A model generated the notes under the pieces. The model saw only the letters and a list, made by a program, of their open reading frames with translations. It ran no database searches and was not told the DNA's origin. The translations under genes and the position numbers were made by a program. A DNA stretch of 64,000 nucleotides from an uncultured Actinomycetota bacterium (GTDB lineage: Bacteria > Actinomycetota > Actinomycetes > Prado026), in contig CAWFVK010000001.1 of assembly GCA_963819215.1 (NCBI GenBank), positions 114,671-178,670 of the forward strand. Reading direction: 5' to 3'. Below, piece after piece: positions 1 to 10,311 of the stretch; position 1 is the stretch's first letter, and each line of letters opens with the position of its first letter.

Positions 1-84
1 TGCCCGCCGTCAGACACAATGCTGCCGCGCACAGGCAATGGCTTGAGCTGCCCGCGCCCACGATGTTGATCTTGGAGCTGACAG

Positions 85-171
85 CGGAGGGCGAGGGATT
101 CGAACCCTCGGGGAGCTTGCACCCCCAGCAGTTTTCAAGACTGCCGCACTCGGCCACTATGCGAGCCCTCC
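85..171 (-). tRNA. tRNA-Ser (anticodon UGA), long variable arm, CCA not encoded
   Basis: Reverse complement folds as a tRNA: GGAGGGC/GCCCTCC acceptor stem, anticodon arm GCAGT-CT-TGA-AA-ACTGC, long variable arm, GGTTCGAATCC T-loop, G discriminator. Confidence 0.96.
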
Positions 172-286
172 CGGCAGCCCCAAGCCTAGCCCGGCCACCG
201 GAGACCCCTCCCCGACTTGGTAGACAGGGCGCGAGCTCAGACTCGCGTTCTGCCTACCAACTCGAGCGTCGAGTCCGCCTAGCAGC

Positions 287-953
287 TCAAGCCGAGAGCA
301 CGAGGCTGTCCAGCACCTCACGAGCGCGCCGATCCAGGGTCTTCGCGGCGCGTGGCGTCGCCGGCGAGGTGGTGCAGCAGGGCCTGCTGGAAGAGACCGT
401 CGAACAAGGCGTACGCCACCGGCGAGGACACGGCGAGCGTGACGCCTGCGAGCTCGGCGTAGCGCGTGACGATGCGGAAGATCATGTGCTCGAGCTTGCC
501 GTCCAGCTCGATGACGTCGGCGCGCAGCGAGGGCTCGAACAGGGCCTGCGAGCGGAGGTCGTACCAGAGGCGGTGCATGGTGCCGTCGACGACCAGGGTG
601 TCCGCGAGCGCGGCAGCGAAAGCCCGTGCGCAGCTGCCGGGCCGTCCGGGCGGTGTCCACGATCTCGTCGTAGCGGGTGATGCAGACGGCCTTGTACTGG
701 CGGACGCCATGCAGGATGAGGTCGATCTTGTCGGTGAAGTAGTAGTGCAGGACGCCGTGCGAGAACTCGCTGTTGTCGGCGATGTCGCGCAGGCTGGTCT
801 TGCGCGTAGCCGAGCTCGGACAGCGTCTGCAGCGCGGACTCGGCGAGCTGGCGCCCGGCGCTCGGCGAACTTGTCGACCTGGCTGCGCGAGAGGCGGTCG
901 CGAGCTCGTCGCGGAGCTGGGCGCGGTCGCTCGTCCACGAGCACCTCCGTCAC
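287..953 (-). CDS. TetR/AcrR family regulator (frameshifted)
   Basis: HTH segment TSLRDIADNSEFSHGVLHYYFTDK in ORF 157..1071 and C-terminal LWYDLRSQALFE in ORF 318..1049; divergent from the SDR operon. Confidence 0.85.
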
Positions 954-1041
954 TGCGCGCCACGATCGGCTGCCTCGACCTGGTTGACGGCCCCGACTGT
1001 ACCCGAGCAGGCTCGCCGCTCCCTGAGCGGCACCTGCGAAT

Positions 1042-1092
1042 CTTGACAAGTGTCCAGGAATCTCTTGACACCCGTCAAACGCTCGCTAGCGT
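1042..1092 (+). promoter_or_regulatory. Divergent promoter with two TTGAC-N4-GTC(A/C)A operator-like dyads
   Basis: TTGACaagtGTCCA at 1043-1056 and TTGACacccGTCAA at 1065-1078; TTGACA (1065-1070) and TAGCGT (1087-1092) resemble -35 and -10 boxes. Confidence 0.6.
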
Positions 1093-1170
1093 GACTGCCA
1101 CATGACCGCGCAAGGCCCCTCAGGTCGAGAGTCGGTCCCAGATCAGTCCGAAGGTCAAAGGAGATCTCGG

Positions 1171-1979
1171 ATGAGCGGAGCTGTGCTGGACGGTCGCAAG
1201 GCCATGGTGACCGGCGGGGCGAAGGGGCTGGGAGAGGGGATCGCCAGGGCCTTCGCCGGGGCGGGCGCGGCAGTGGTGATCGCTGACGTGCTCGGCCGAG
1301 GAGGGTCAGGCGACCGCCGCCTCGATCAAGGACAGCGGCGGCAGCGCGTCCTTCGTGAAGCTCGACGTCACCGACGACGAGGGCTGGGAGACCGCCGTCG
1401 CCAAGGCCGTCGCCGACATGGGCGGCCTCGACGTCCTGGTCAACAACGCCGGCGTCGAGATCACCGCGCTGATCATCGACATCGACGCCGACGACGCTGC
1501 GCACGATGCTCGACGTCAACATCGTCGGCACCGCGCTCGGCATCAAGCACGCCTTCCGCGCCATGCGCCCGGCGGGACCGCCGGCAACGGCGGCGCGATC
1601 GTCAACGTCGCCTCGGTGGCGGCCACGATCGCGTTCCCCGGCATCGCCGGCTACTCCGGCACCAAGTCGGCGGTCGACCGGATGACCCGGGTCGCGGCCA
1701 TGGAGTCCGGCAAGCTCGGCTACGGCGTCCGGGTCAACTGCATCTACCCCGGGCTCGTGCCCACCGCGATGGGCATGAAGCCTGGCCAGCGACGTGGCCG
1801 AGCTCGGCCTGTTCGCCGAGCCCGGAGGCCGCCGTCGGGCGACGTCATCGGGCTCACGCCGCTCGGGCCGGCTCGGCGAGGTCGCCGACATGGCGGACGC
1901 GGTGGTGTTCCTGGCCTCCGACGCCGCCCGGTTCATCACCGGCATCGGCCTGCCCGTCGACGGCGGAATGGGGATGTGA
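1171..1979 (+). CDS. SDR family NAD(P)-dependent oxidoreductase (frameshifted)
   Basis: TGGAKGLG, VLVNNAG, catalytic YSGTK and ITGIGLPVDGG motifs spread over three frames. Confidence 0.9.
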
Positions 1980-1988
1980 GCATCGGAC

Positions 1989-3114
1989 ATGCACTGACAA
2001 GCCCGTCGTCGTCTACGGCGCCTCCGGCTACACCGGCCGGCTCGATCTGCGAGTACCTGCGCGAGTACAACGTCCCCTTCGTCGCCGCCGGCCGCGACAA
2101 GGACCGCGTCCAGGAGGCGATCTCCACGGTCCCCGGCATCGAGACCGCCGAGCACGAGGTCGTCGCAGGTCGAGCACACGTCGAGGCGCTCACCGAGCTG
2201 TTCACCGGCGCCCAGGTCGTCTGCAACACGGTCGGCCCGTTCATCAAGTACGGCCCCGAGGTGGTCGAGGCCTGCCTGGCCGCCGGCATGCACTACCTCG
2301 ACACGACCGGCGAGCAGGACTGGGTGATCGCATGCGAGCCAGAACTGGGGCAAGCGAGTTCGCCGACGAAGGGCCTGCTGCTCTCCCCCGGCATCGCGCA
2401 GATGTACACGACCGGCGAGATCGCGGCCCAGATCTGCCTGGAGACACCCGGGCCTGGACACCCTCGACATCGCGGTGCTTCTGGGGGGCATCCCGACCAT
2501 CGCCTCGACCCAGACGATCTTCACCGATCCTCAACGCGGACTGGTACTACCTCGAGCAGAACCAGTACGTCCCGTTGGACCCTGACGGCGGCACTACGAG
2601 GTCGTCGGTGCCCGGCCAGCACGAGCTCGGCGCTCGCGCTGCCCTGGGGCGGCACCAGTCGCACCCCGTCTGGTTCAAGAACGACCCGCGCGTGGCCAAC
2701 TGCAGGGTCATCGGCGGCGTGCTTCAACCGCACGCGTGATGGAGGGCGTGCTCGCGACGGTCGACGATGGTGGACACGACAGATCAAGACGCTGCCGACG
2801 GACGAGCAGGGACGCCGCGCTGGCAGGCGATCGCGGCGACCATCGAGTCCGGCATGCCGCCGCGGGAGAACCCGCGGATCAACAAGTCGGTCGACTCGGT
2901 GCACGCCTCCGGGCCGCTCGGCCGCGCCCACTGCGTCATCCACGGCAACAGCAACTACAAGCAGACCGGGCTGCTGCAGGCCTACGCCGCGTACTCGCTG
3001 CTGCAGCAGCCGCCCCGACGGGTCGGCTTCGCCTCGGGCTGCCAGGCCTTCGGCCACCGCGAGCTGCTCGGCGTGCTGCGCGAGTTCGGGCTGGTGCTGG
3101 AGCCCGTCAGCTGA
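1989..3114 (+). CDS. Saccharopine dehydrogenase-like / trans-acting enoyl reductase family oxidoreductase (frameshifted)
   Basis: VVVYGASGYTGRL, NTVGPFIKYG and HYLDTTGE motifs. Confidence 0.8.
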
Positions 3115-3117
3115 CCG

Positions 3118-4714
3118 ATGACGAGCCGGCTGACCGGGCTGGCGGAGCCGATGCGGCTGGCCGACTACCTCGACAAGGGCGCCTCGCTCGGCGCCGGACG
3201 CGCCGTGCCTGACGACCGACGGCGAGGTGCTCTGACCTACGCCGAGGTGCAGGCGTGTCCCGCCGGGTCGCGGCGCGCGCTGCGCCGCTCGGGCGTCGCA
3301 GCCGGGCGACAAGGTCGCGATCCTCTCGGCGAACGACCCGCACGCGTTCACCTGCGTGTTCGGCATCTCCCGGGCCGGCGCGGTGTGGTGCCCGATCAAC
3401 CCGCGCAACGAGGCGTGCGGAGAACCGCGAGCTGCTCGACGCTCTTCGACTGCGCGGCGCTGATCTTCCAGAGCGCGTTCGCCGCCCTGGTCGAGCGAGA
3501 TCCGCGCCGACGCTGCCGGGGCTGACGCACGCTGGTCTGCCTCGACGAGCCGCTCGGCGCTCGGCGCCGTCGCTCGCACGAGTGGCTGGCCTCGGAGCCG
3601 GCGCACCCGCTCGAGCGTCCGACGCCGGTCGACGACGTCGCGATGATCGTCGGCACCGGCGGCACCACGGGCGACCCCGAAGGGGGTGATGCTCACCGGG
3701 CGCAACCTCGAGACGATGACGGCGCTGACGCTGATGGGCTATCCGTTCGGCGGCCGTCCGGTCTACCTCGCGCTCGCGCCGCTCACCCACGCCGCCGGCG
3801 TGCTGTGCTTCCCGATGCTGGCGCTGGGCGGCGAGATCGTGATCATGCGCGCCGCCGACCTCGGCGCGTTCCTCGAGCTGGTCGGCGCGCACCGCGTCAC
3901 CCACACGTTCCTGCCGCCGACGCTGATCTACATGCTGCTCGGCGCACCCGACGCTCGACGACGCGGACCTGCAGCTCGCTGCAGTGCTTCTGGTACGGCG
4001 CGGCGCCGATGTCGGCGGCCCGGCTGGAGGAGGCGCTCGACCGGATCGGGCCGGTGATGGCGCAGCTGTTCGGGCAGACCGAGGCGCCGATGATGATCTC
4101 GACGATGGCGCCCGCGCGACCACTTCGCGCGCCGACGGCACGCATCGCGCGCGAGCGGCTCGCGCTCGGCCGGCCGGCCGGCGCCGCTGGTGCACCGTCG
4201 CGATCATGGACGACGACGGGCGCGCTGCTGCCGCACGGCGAGCGCGGCGAGATCGTGCGTCCGCAGCTCGCTGGTGATGGCCGGCTACTACAAGAACCCC
4301 GAGGCGACCGCCGAGGCGCAGCCGGCACGGCTGGCACCACACCGGCGACATCGGCTACCTCGACGAGGACGGCTTCCTCTTCATCGTCGACCGCGCCAAG
4401 GACATGATCATCACCGGCGGCTTCAACGTCTACTCGGCCGAGGTCGAGCAGGCCCTGATGCAGCACCCGGCGATCCAGGACTGCGCGGTCGATCGGGCTG
4501 CCCGACGACAAGTGGGGCGAGCGGGTGACCGCGGTCGCTGCAGCTGCAGCCGGGCCGCACGGTCGACCCGCTGCGAGGTGCAGGCGTTCGTGAAGGCGCG
4601 CCTCGGCGCGTCAAGGCGCCCAAGCAGGTCGAGGTCTGGGCCGACCTGCCGCGCTCGAAGGTCGGCAAGGTGCTCAAGAACGACATCCGCGAGCAGCTCA
4701 GCCGGACGAGCTGA
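3118..4714 (+). CDS. Acyl-CoA synthetase, AMP-binding (frameshifted)
   Basis: TGGTTGxPKG P-loop, [34 protein letters not shown] and PRSKVGK. Confidence 0.88.
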
Positions 4715-4759
4715 GCTGCCCGCGGACCTTCCCCCAGAGTAGGTTCGGGGAGCGCCCTG

Positions 4760-7700
4760 CTACGCGGACGCGAGCACGATCGTGAAGGCCGTGCCCGCTC
4801 CCGCGGAGCCGTTGATGGTCGTCGCCAGACCACCCACGCTGCCGGCCGGGGCCTGCGCACCGCCGTCGGTCGCGAAGACCGCCGTGTGGCCACCCGACGT
4901 GCCCGCGGTCGAGCTGCGGGCCTGCTGGCCGGACGGCGTGCTGAAGCGTCGGTCGCGTCCGAGGTCTTCACCTGCCACAGCGAGACCACCCACGCCGGTG
5001 CACCGATCGTCGTCGTCGGGGTGGTCTCCGTCGACGTGCGTCGTCCGGTTCGACGACGACACGAAGGAGGCGACCGGGTTCGACGCGCTGGTGCCGCTGT
5101 AGGCGAGCACCTGCACGCTGCCCGTCAGCGCCAGAGCCGAAGCCTGCCGTGACCGTGCTGCCGGAGTCACCGGCCGTGGCGACCTTCTGGTAGACGGCCG
5201 TGGTGAGCACGCTGCCGGTCGTGGTCTGCGACCCCACCAGCGACCAGCCGGCCGGAGCCGACGGGAACAGCTAGCCGACGCGGTCGGTCGCCGACGAGGA
5301 CCAGGCCGTTGCCGGCCGCGACCGTGCTCGGGACGACCACCGACAAGCTGTCGCGGCCTTTCCGCTGGTCGCCGCAGATCCGACGAAGCCGACGCTGCTG
5401 GCGTTGGCCGGCATAACGACGTGCTGGACGCTGCTCGTCTGGGCCACGCCGTCGGTGATCGTCAACGCGACGGTGTAGTTGCCCGCCGAGGCCGTAGGTG
5501 TGCTGCGGCATGGCCCCGGTGGTGGTGTCCGTCGTGCCGTCACCGAAGTCCCAGGCGTACTGCTGGATCGCCGCCGCTGGGTGCCGGTCGAGGCGGAGGC
5601 GTCAAAGCTGCACTGGAGCAGGGTGCACGTGCAGGTGAACGAGGCGGTCGGCGGTGGGCCGAGCGTCGGGTTCGCGAGGTGGATCACCTGCGCCGTCTGG
5701 TTGAGGCCGTCGGTGACGGTGAGCGTCACGGACTTCGTGCCCGGGGTCAGGTACGTGTGGCTCGCCGTGACGCCGCTGTCCGTGGCGCCGTCGCCGTAGG
5801 TCCAGGCGTAGGTGAGGCCGGTCGACGGCGTCGAGGCCGAGGCGTCGAAGCAGCACACCATCAGGGTGCAGCTCACCGAGAAGGCAGCCACCGGCTGGGT
5901 CAGGGTGCCGCCGTAGAGGAACATCCCGCGGGTGCGGAAGTCCACGCCGGTGATGCCCGTGCCGGACAGCGTCTGGTCGGTGCCGGCCTGCATCGAGCCA
6001 CCCGAGAAGGTGACCGTGTGCAGGCTGCCGTCGACGGCGCTCGCGTAGTAGAAGGTCGAGCCGGAGAGGGTGCCGCCCTCGACGTTGCTGAGGTCGACGC
6101 CGCCGGTCTGCTGTCTCGTCCTCGGTCAGGATCCCCGAGTCGGGGCTGAACGAGCGCGAGTACAAGTTCTGCTGCCCGCTCGAGCGTGTAGTAGAGACGC
6201 CCGCCGGAGTAGAACATCGAGGTGACGTTCTGCATCTCGGCGCCGTACATCCCGGACTTCACGCCCTGGAAGGTCTGGCCGGAGCCGGTGTCGACGCCGT
6301 ACCAGATCGGGTCGTCGTAGGGGTCGAGCAGGCGTCGGCGTGCCGAACGTCGTGCCGTCGTAGGTCGTGACGTAGAGGTTGCCGTCGGTCGAGCCGAAGA
6401 ACAGCTTGTTGCCGATCATCGCCGTGCCACGGACCGTGGACCACGCGATGCCGGTGCCGGGGATGCTCGTGCCACCGCCAGCGGCGCTGCCCGTGAAGGC
6501 CCGCTTGGTCAACGTGTCGAGCGAGGACTGGCTCGGCAACGGGATGGATCGGTTGATGATCTCGATGCCGTTGATCAGCGGGTTCTCGGTCTCGTGGGTG
6601 AAGTCGATGTTCACCGTGCCGTCCGAGGTGATGTCGTACGACTTCATGGTCCCGGTCTGGTCACCGGCCGTCGCGACGATGTCGAAGTGGTTGAGGACCG
6701 TCGTGCCGTCCAGCGCGACGTCGAAGACTCGTTGGCCCACCCCGCTGGTGCAGCCACACCGGTTGGCGAAGTAGAGCCGCACCGTGATCGGGGTGCCCGC
6801 AGCGACCGGGAAGGCGAAGTGCATCTCGCCGCCGTCACCATTGCTGCCCGGATCCCAACGCTCCGTGCTGAAGATGCCGGACGGGGTCGTCGACGGAACG
6901 GTCGAGTCGACGTGCGCGACCGGGCCGTAGCTCGCGGCGTTGCTGCCGGAGTTGCGGTACGACACGGGGTCGCTGGTGTCGTCCTGCCAGTTCGGGCCGG
7001 CGTCGACGGACTGGATCGACGGGCCGCCGGTGTCGACGCGGTACAGGTACGGCTGCGTCGTCGTGTCGTTGATGATCTCGATGCCGTTGATGAGCGGGTT
7101 CTCGACCTCGTGCGAGAAGTCGATGTTGACCGTGCCGTCCGAGGTGGTGTCGAAGGACCGCATCGTGCCGACCTGGTCACCTGCCGCGGCCGTGATGTCG
7201 AAGTGGTCGAGGACCGTGGTGCCGTCCAGCGCGACGTCGAACACCCGGTTACCCGGCGCTCCGGTGCACTCGCACCGGTTCGCGAAGTAGAGGCGCACCG
7301 TGATCGGCGTGCCGGCCGCGACCGGGAAGGCCCAGCTCATCTCGCCGCCGTCACCGTTGCTGCCCGGGTCCCAGCGTTCCGAGTCGAAGATCGAGGACGG
7401 AGTGGTGGCGGGGACGGTGGAGTCGACGCTGCCGACGTGGCTGTAACCGGCGGTGTTGCTGCCCGAGTTGCGGTACGGGCTCGGGTCGCTCTGGTCCGCC
7501 TGCCAGGCCGGCCCGCCGTCGAGCGAGGCGATCGCGGGACCGCCCGCGTCCACCCGGTAGAGGACGTTGCTCGGGGGCAACGAGCCGGCGCTGTAGAGGT
7601 TCGACGGCAGCTGGGCCGTCGTGTAGGTCGGGGCGGCGGTGCCGCCGGCGAGCGGGAAGAACGCGATGCGGCCGCGGTAGTACTTGCGGTTGCCGATGTA

Positions 7701-8993
7701 CTGCGTGTCGCTACCGACCCACAAGCCCGTCGACGTAGCCAGCAGGGACGCCGCACCGGATCCCCGCGGGTTACGGCCGGGGTTCCAGGCCAGCGGCACA
7801 CCGGACTGCGGGTCGAGCGCACCCAGACCGGGGCGGGGCACCGCGCCGGTGCCCGCGTAGTCGAAGCCGGCCGGGTTGTTCAGCCAGCGCTGGTGACCGC
7901 CGACGTAGACCGCGCTTCCGGTAACGGCGACGGAGGCGATGGTGTCCTGGCCCGAGTAATCGGCCCAGGTCGGCTTGACGTTCTGACCTGAGGAGCTGGT
8001 CTCCCAGCGGGTGGCGGAGTCGCAGAGCGAGCGCGTCCCGTCGGTGTTGGTACCGCTGCCACCGGTAGCCGCGATGACGAAGTAGGAGCCGTCCGGTGAG
8101 AAGTCGACGTCCTGCATGTAGGTGTCGAAGGCACCGTTGAAACAGAGGGCCGTGAACTGCAACGTGTTCCAGTTCGGATCGATCGTCGCGGCCGGGGAGG
8201 AGCCGATCAGCACGTTGATGATCTGGTCGTGCAGCGTGCCGTTTGCATTCTTGAAGTTCCCGATGACGATGAGCCGGCTGCCGTCCGGCGCGAGAGCCAT
8301 CTTGCGCGCGCCGACGCCACCCTGGGCACCTGATCCGCTGTCGTTGTGGTGGCCCGTGAGCTGGATGTTGACGTAGGGGTCGAGCGCACCAGTGGTCGGG
8401 TTCAACGACGCGAGGCCTGCGTGGGCCGCGCCGCCGACCGTCGTGAACGCGCCGCCGATGAACAGGTGGCCGCCGCTGGAGCGGACGCTGTAGACGATGC
8501 CATTGAGCGTGGCGGGCTTGAACGTCGAGACCAGGGCGCCCGTCACGGTGCTGAGCAGCGCCACGCCCTTGGCCTTGACCCCGTTGACGTTGTTGAAGGC
8601 ACCGGCGATGTAGATGGTGTCGGGGCTCGGGCCCGGCCACTCGTCCCAGACCGTGCCGTCCACGGTCGGGTGGAAGCCGGTGTCGATCGCGCCAGTCGAA
8701 GCGCTGAAGGCCAGGACATTCGGCCGGCTGACCGACTGGGTCCCGTTGGTCACCCCTGGCGGGCTGACGGTGGTGAACGTGCCGCCCAGCACCATCCGCG
8801 TGCCGATCTGCATGATCGCGTAGGTCTGGCCGTCATTGATGTTCGGACTGGTCGTGGCCGGGACGGCGGAGACGATCGTGGCCTGGGCCACGCCACCGAC
8901 CGCGTTCGCGCTGCCGGCCGTCAAGCCGATCGCCATGGTCGCCACCGCGAGGACTGGGATTCCTACTTTTGCCAGGCGACCGAACATGACCAT
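4760..8993 (-). CDS. Large secreted protein: signal peptide, beta-propeller-like region, two malectin-like domains, two PKD domains, C-terminal beta domain (frameshifted in the 3' third)
   Basis: Signal peptide ending ANA; IAGAFNNVNG / IGGAFTTVGG repeats; two LYRVD.GGP...VRLYFA...RVFDVALDG...NPLINGIEII units; FDASAS..YAWTYGDG..ASHTY PKD motifs. ORFs 6126..8993, 5900..6262, 5271..5993 and 4760..5170 join up. Confidence 0.82.
6552..7562 (-). repeat. Intragenic tandem duplication of a ~495-bp malectin-like module (6552-7046 and 7068-7562)
   Basis: Both copies run LYRVD to EIIN at a 516-bp period and share ERWDPGSNGDGGEM, AFPVAAGTPITVRLYFANRC and RVFDVALDGTTVL. Confidence 0.9.
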
Positions 8994-9024
8994 TCCTCCC
9001 CATGGCGCGGCCAGCTCAGGGCCG

Positions 9025-9083
9025 TGCGACCACGCGACAGTAGGAGCGTCCGAGCGACGGTTTCAAGGAGTCGCGTGGTCGCA
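9025..9083. promoter_or_regulatory. 14-bp perfect inverted repeat with 31-nt loop in the leader of the secreted-protein gene
   Basis: TGCGACCACGCGAC (9025-9038) and GTCGCGTGGTCGCA (9070-9083). Confidence 0.6.
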
Positions 9084-9327
9084 GAACCGGCCACGCGGAA
9101 ACTCTGACCGAACGGATGACCTGGGGGCCGGGTCGGCGCTGCGCAGGAGGCGCAACCCGCCACGCTCGCCTCACCAGCGCTCACGCTTGGTGATCACCTC
9201 GTTCGGGAACCGTGGTGCGCGGATGATCTTCAGTCACGGTGGGTGATGACGCAACAATTTCTCGGAAGATCAGATCTGTACCTAAGATGGTACGGACATC
9301 TTGCAGGGATCACGTGAGCCTTCTTCG

Positions 9328-9633
9328 GTGGCCCGACCTCGCCCTGACCGCGTGCACGAGCGTCGTGCTGGCTTCGGCGACGCCGTTCGAGATCATCGCG
9401 TGGCCGAGGGCCTCACCCAGGAGGCTTTGGCCGAGCGCGCGGGGATCGACCGCAAGAGCATCAGCCGGATCGAGAACGGCGCGTTCTCACCGAGCCTCGA
9501 CCGCGTCTGGCTCATCGCCGACGCCCTCCGCGTCTCGGTGACCGACCTCGTCGGCACCAGCGCCGAGATCCCGACCTCGGTGCTGCGGCGGCGGCTGGCC
9601 CAGCAGGACAGGCCGGCTAAACCCGGCCGCTGA
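9328..9633 (+). CDS. XRE family HTH regulator
   Basis: GLTQEALAERAGIDRKSISRIENG HTH_3 signature; probable GTG start at 9328. Confidence 0.88.
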   Translation: MARPRPDRVHERRAGFGDAVRDHRVAEGLTQEALAERAGIDRKSISRIENGAFSPSLDRVWLIADALRVSVTDLVGTSAEIPTSVLRRRLAQQDRPAKPGR

Positions 9634-10003
9634 CGTCGAGCCGGTCGGGGAGGGACACCGTCGCGAGGACGCGCGGACCCGAGGCGTCCACCCGGACCTC
9701 GACGTACACCGTCAGCCCCACCGCCCACATCCCCTCGACGGCGCGGCGGTAGGCCCTCCACGACCACGGATGAAGCCGGCCGACCCTGGTGCCGTCGATC
9801 ACGACCCACACCGATGAGCCGCCGGAGGTGCGCTCCAGCGTGGCGAACGCCGTGCCCGCCCGACGCCCTTGCCGGCGCATGAAGTCGACGAGGAAGCGCT
9901 GGGCGGGCGCCGCACCGAAGAGTGAGCGAGGTCGTCCGACTGGAAGGACGACGCCGCCGGCTACCGGGCCGTCGTTGAGGACGCTCGGCAGGACGGAGCT
10001 CAT
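9617..10003 (-). CDS. Hypothetical protein, HIRAN-like
   Basis: VWVVIDGTRVGRL...AYRRAV..G..VYVEVRV resembles the HIRAN core; AGGA-like RBS upstream not clear. Confidence 0.45.
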   Translation of the reverse strand: MSSVLPSVLNDGPVAGGVVLPVGRPRSLFGAAPAQRFLVDFMRRQGRRAGTAFATLERTSGGSSVWVVIDGTRVGRLHPWSWRAYRRAVEGMWAVGLTVYVEVRVDASGPRVLATVSLPDRLDVSGRV

Positions 10004-10311
10004 GTCCAGCGCCAGTCGGCCAACGGACCGACGAGGCCCACCCCCAGGCGCCCAGCGGCGACCGTGAGACGAGCCGCCAGGACGCTCAGCGGCGGTATCA
10101 GATCTGCTGTCCGGTTCACGACATGACTGAGTGTGGACACGGCGGCCTGATACGTCCGGCGACTTCGCCGGTGCGGAGGTCGGTCGTCGGCGAAGGCGTA
10201 CCTACACTGGCGATGCGTCGAGCCGCAGCCAGCTGGGCCTCAGGTGGTGTGGGGGTGGTCGTCGCAGAGTCAGCTCGACCGGGCATCGAGCTCCGCCGGA
10301 AGGTTGCCGCC

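Noticed and set aside
85-171. Selenocysteine/suppressor tRNA, or prophage attachment site
   Set aside because: The anticodon reads TGA (decodes UCA, Ser), not TCA. I saw no integrase or duplicated tRNA 3' end; only 84 nt beyond the 3' end are in the window.
6552-7562. DGR template/variable repeat pair
   Set aside because: Both copies are in-frame protein domains, differences are not adenine-specific, and no reverse transcriptase is present.
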